Source: a virus (taxonomy: Duplodnaviria > Caudoviricetes). Taken from it: a stretch of DNA of 39,102 nucleotides. Location of the stretch: positions 1 through 39,102 of the IMG/VR virus record IMGVR_UViG_3300016656_000014. The stretch is one strand, 5' to 3'. Each line of letters starts with the position of its first letter. Position 1 is the stretch's first letter. The translations under genes were made by a program, and so were the position numbers. The notes under the pieces are model-generated. The model was not told the DNA's origin, ran no database searches, and saw only the letters and a list, made by a program, of their open reading frames with translations. Positions 37,590-39,102 of the stretch are shown piece after piece.

Positions 37590-37806
37590 GGTGAGAACAA
37601 TCATCAAGTCGTTGAGTATCGGCTGTGACCAACTCTCAAAGAAGATGGACAGGCTCTATGGCACTTCTCGTTATGTGGAAACCGCCAGAGAGTACAGTCT
37701 GTTGATGCGCACAAAGTTCCACTTTGAGCGTGAGTTGGTGAAGATGCTTGATGAGCACGACGAGGTTCTCGCAGAGGGGGGTGAGGACTGTGCGGGTTCT
37801 GAATGA
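37546..37806 (+). CDS. Hypothetical protein
   Basis: GGGAG RBS; fills the operon gap. Confidence 0.55.
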   Translation: MAGTYIVRLSLSLNEVRTIIKSLSIGCDQLSKKMDRLYGTSRYVETAREYSLLMRTKFHFERELVKMLDEHDEVLAEGGEDCAGSE

Positions 37807-38413
37807 CCGCATCTATTGGCGACGCAGGTTCGTCGTCATAGTGGCTGTCGCAGGAGTGTGCTGGCTCGGGGCGTATACCGCCCCGGCTGGCGCACCCCAG
37901 CGCATGGTTGAGCCAACCGTGTACCCGAACGTGATTGTGGTTGATGAACCAAAAGTTGGTCCGAACCAACTTTCTACTTCCACAACAGCGGCATTCGAGT
38001 ACCCTGATTTCGCTTGCGATGATTGGGTGCGTTATGCGCACGGTTTGGGTTGGCACTACGACGACCTGAACGAACTTGACTATGTGCTGTGGCGCGAATC
38101 GCGCTGTGACCCCACCGTACACAACACCACGCTGAATGCTGACGGGTCTACCGATATCGGGTTGGCTCAAATCAACGACAAGTCGTGGTGTTTGCCTACA
38201 CGGTGGTATCCGCAGGGCTACCTGCCATCACTAGGGGTTGTGTCTGATTGTCAGGATTTGTTCAATCCGACACTAAATCTGGTGTCTGCGCTGGTTATCT
38301 TCAACTATTCGTTGGAGATGAACGGCAACGGCTGGCAGCCTTGGAGCCTTGAGAAAGATTTCTGCGATTCTTCCACCGCAACCTGTGGTGCGACTGTTAT
38401 CGTGGGGGGGTAA
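37781..38413 (+). CDS. Membrane-anchored lytic transglycosylase (SLT / lysozyme-like)
   Basis: RRR plus hydrophobic helix at the N-terminus; catalytic RES, DIGLAQIN, LFNP..N and GWQPW motifs. Start codon is uncertain. Confidence 0.8.
   Translation: MRTVRVLNDRIYWRRRFVVIVAVAGVCWLGAYTAPAGAPQRMVEPTVYPNVIVVDEPKVGPNQLSTSTTAAFEYPDFACDDWVRYAHGLGWHYDDLNELDYVLWRESRCDPTVHNTTLNADGSTDIGLAQINDKSWCLPTRWYPQGYLPSLGVVSDCQDLFNPTLNLVSALVIFNYSLEMNGNGWQPWSLEKDFCDSSTATCGATVIVGG
37953..37972. repeat. Dyad copy 6 (intragenic)
   Basis: AAGTTGGT-CCGA-ACCAACTT, encodes KVGPNQL. Confidence 0.9.
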
Positions 38414-38478
38414 GGGGGGGCTAATGCCAGAGCAAGACGCACCGCAACCCGTAGGGTTGGCGGTGCTACACGAACACA
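38404..38478 (+). repeat. G7-spacer-G7 plus bulged hairpin element, copy 2
   Basis: GGGGGGG-TAA-GGGGGGG ... AGAC-GCACCGCAACCC-GTA-GGGTTGGCGGTGC-TACACGAACACA. Confidence 0.7.
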
Positions 38479-38494
38479 AAAAGGGAGAGAGCAA

Positions 38495-39102
38495 ATGAGG
38501 ATTGACGAAGAGACCAAGCGTGTGTATGTCCGCCAGTCGTGGCTGGGTGATTCGATGCTGTGTCAGGAACGTGGGCGACGAATGATGGTGTCGCCAGAGT
38601 TCCGCACGACGAACGACTCTGCTGCGATGGGTACGGCTGTGCACGCTGGTATTGAAGCGGTGATGCGCGGGGTGATTGACCCCAAAGACGCACATCATGT
38701 GTCCGTCAAGAAGTTGGACCAGTTGCGTGACGAGGGAATCAAGGTGACGAACACCGACCCTTCCACGTGGGAAGATTTGGTTCGCTCAATGACGAACGCT
38801 TGGGTGTCGGGCATCTACCCAGAAGTTCCGCTCGGCGGTGTTTCTGAAAGAAAGTTTGAGTACAACTCTGGTGCTGTCGTCGGTGGCTACGAACTGTGGT
38901 TTGAGGGCACGATGGACTATTCGCACGAGTCAGGGTTGTGGGATTGGAAAACTGCGGCGAGGAAGTATTCGCTTCTGGAGAAGCAGACTCAATCAATCCA
39001 AGCATCTGTGTACGCCGGTCACGCTTTGAGCGAGGGCATGGTTGATGAAGATGGCACCGTGTCGTTTACGTTCGGTGTTATGATTCGCACGATGAAAGGC
39101 GA
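38495..39102 (+). CDS. RecB/PD-(D/E)XK (Cas4-like) exonuclease, N-terminal part, runs off the window end
   Basis: MRIDEETKRVYVRQSWL...LC...GTAVHAGIE...FEGTMD...WDWKT...QASVY; open to the end of the window. Confidence 0.8.
   Translation, partial: MRIDEETKRVYVRQSWLGDSMLCQERGRRMMVSPEFRTTNDSAAMGTAVHAGIEAVMRGVIDPKDAHHVSVKKLDQLRDEGIKVTNTDPSTWEDLVRSMTNAWVSGIYPEVPLGGVSERKFEYNSGAVVGGYELWFEGTMDYSHESGLWDWKTAARKYSLLEKQTQSIQASVYAGHALSEGMVDEDGTVSFTFGVMIRTMKG

Noticed and set aside
31974-37973. Dyad repeats as a CRISPR array with the Cas4-like nuclease
   Set aside because: Copies are about 0.5-2.4 kb apart with genes between them, there are no regular spacers and no cas1/cas2. Stand-alone RecB/Cas4-like nucleases are common in phages.

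Overview
The window is a near-complete, circularly permuted genome of a tailed dsDNA phage. A WhiB gene points to an Actinomycetota host. The gene order (portal, scaffold, capsid, two tail-tubular-like proteins, giant internal protein, no evident tape-measure or sheath gene) suggests podovirus-like morphogenesis. One RecB/PD-(D/E)XK nuclease gene is split across the two window ends. Layout: (i) + strand replication block at 1-5088 (DnaB-like helicase, AEP primase, RusA, sigma-region-4/DUF1599 fusion); (ii) - strand late block at 4913-30749 (terminases, portal, capsid, tail, a 3020-aa protein, holin, M15-type endolysin); (iii) + strand small basic genes at 30921-31477; (iv) + strand early block at 31.7-39.1 kb (amidoligase plus class II glutamine amidotransferase, WhiB, membrane-anchored lytic transglycosylase). 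I recognised no DNA polymerase, integrase, tRNA or CRISPR array. The best unexplained signals are mostly cis-acting: six copies of the dyad AAGTTGGT-N4-ACCAACTT confined to the early block (two inside CDSs), tandem hairpin arrays behind several of them, a GTAGC-N14-GT(A)GA motif before six late genes, and a duplicated G7/G7-plus-bulged-hairpin element. Two distant basic proteins also share a C-terminal PNGVWxILGT(G)K tag. All product calls come from motif recognition by eye, not database searches.
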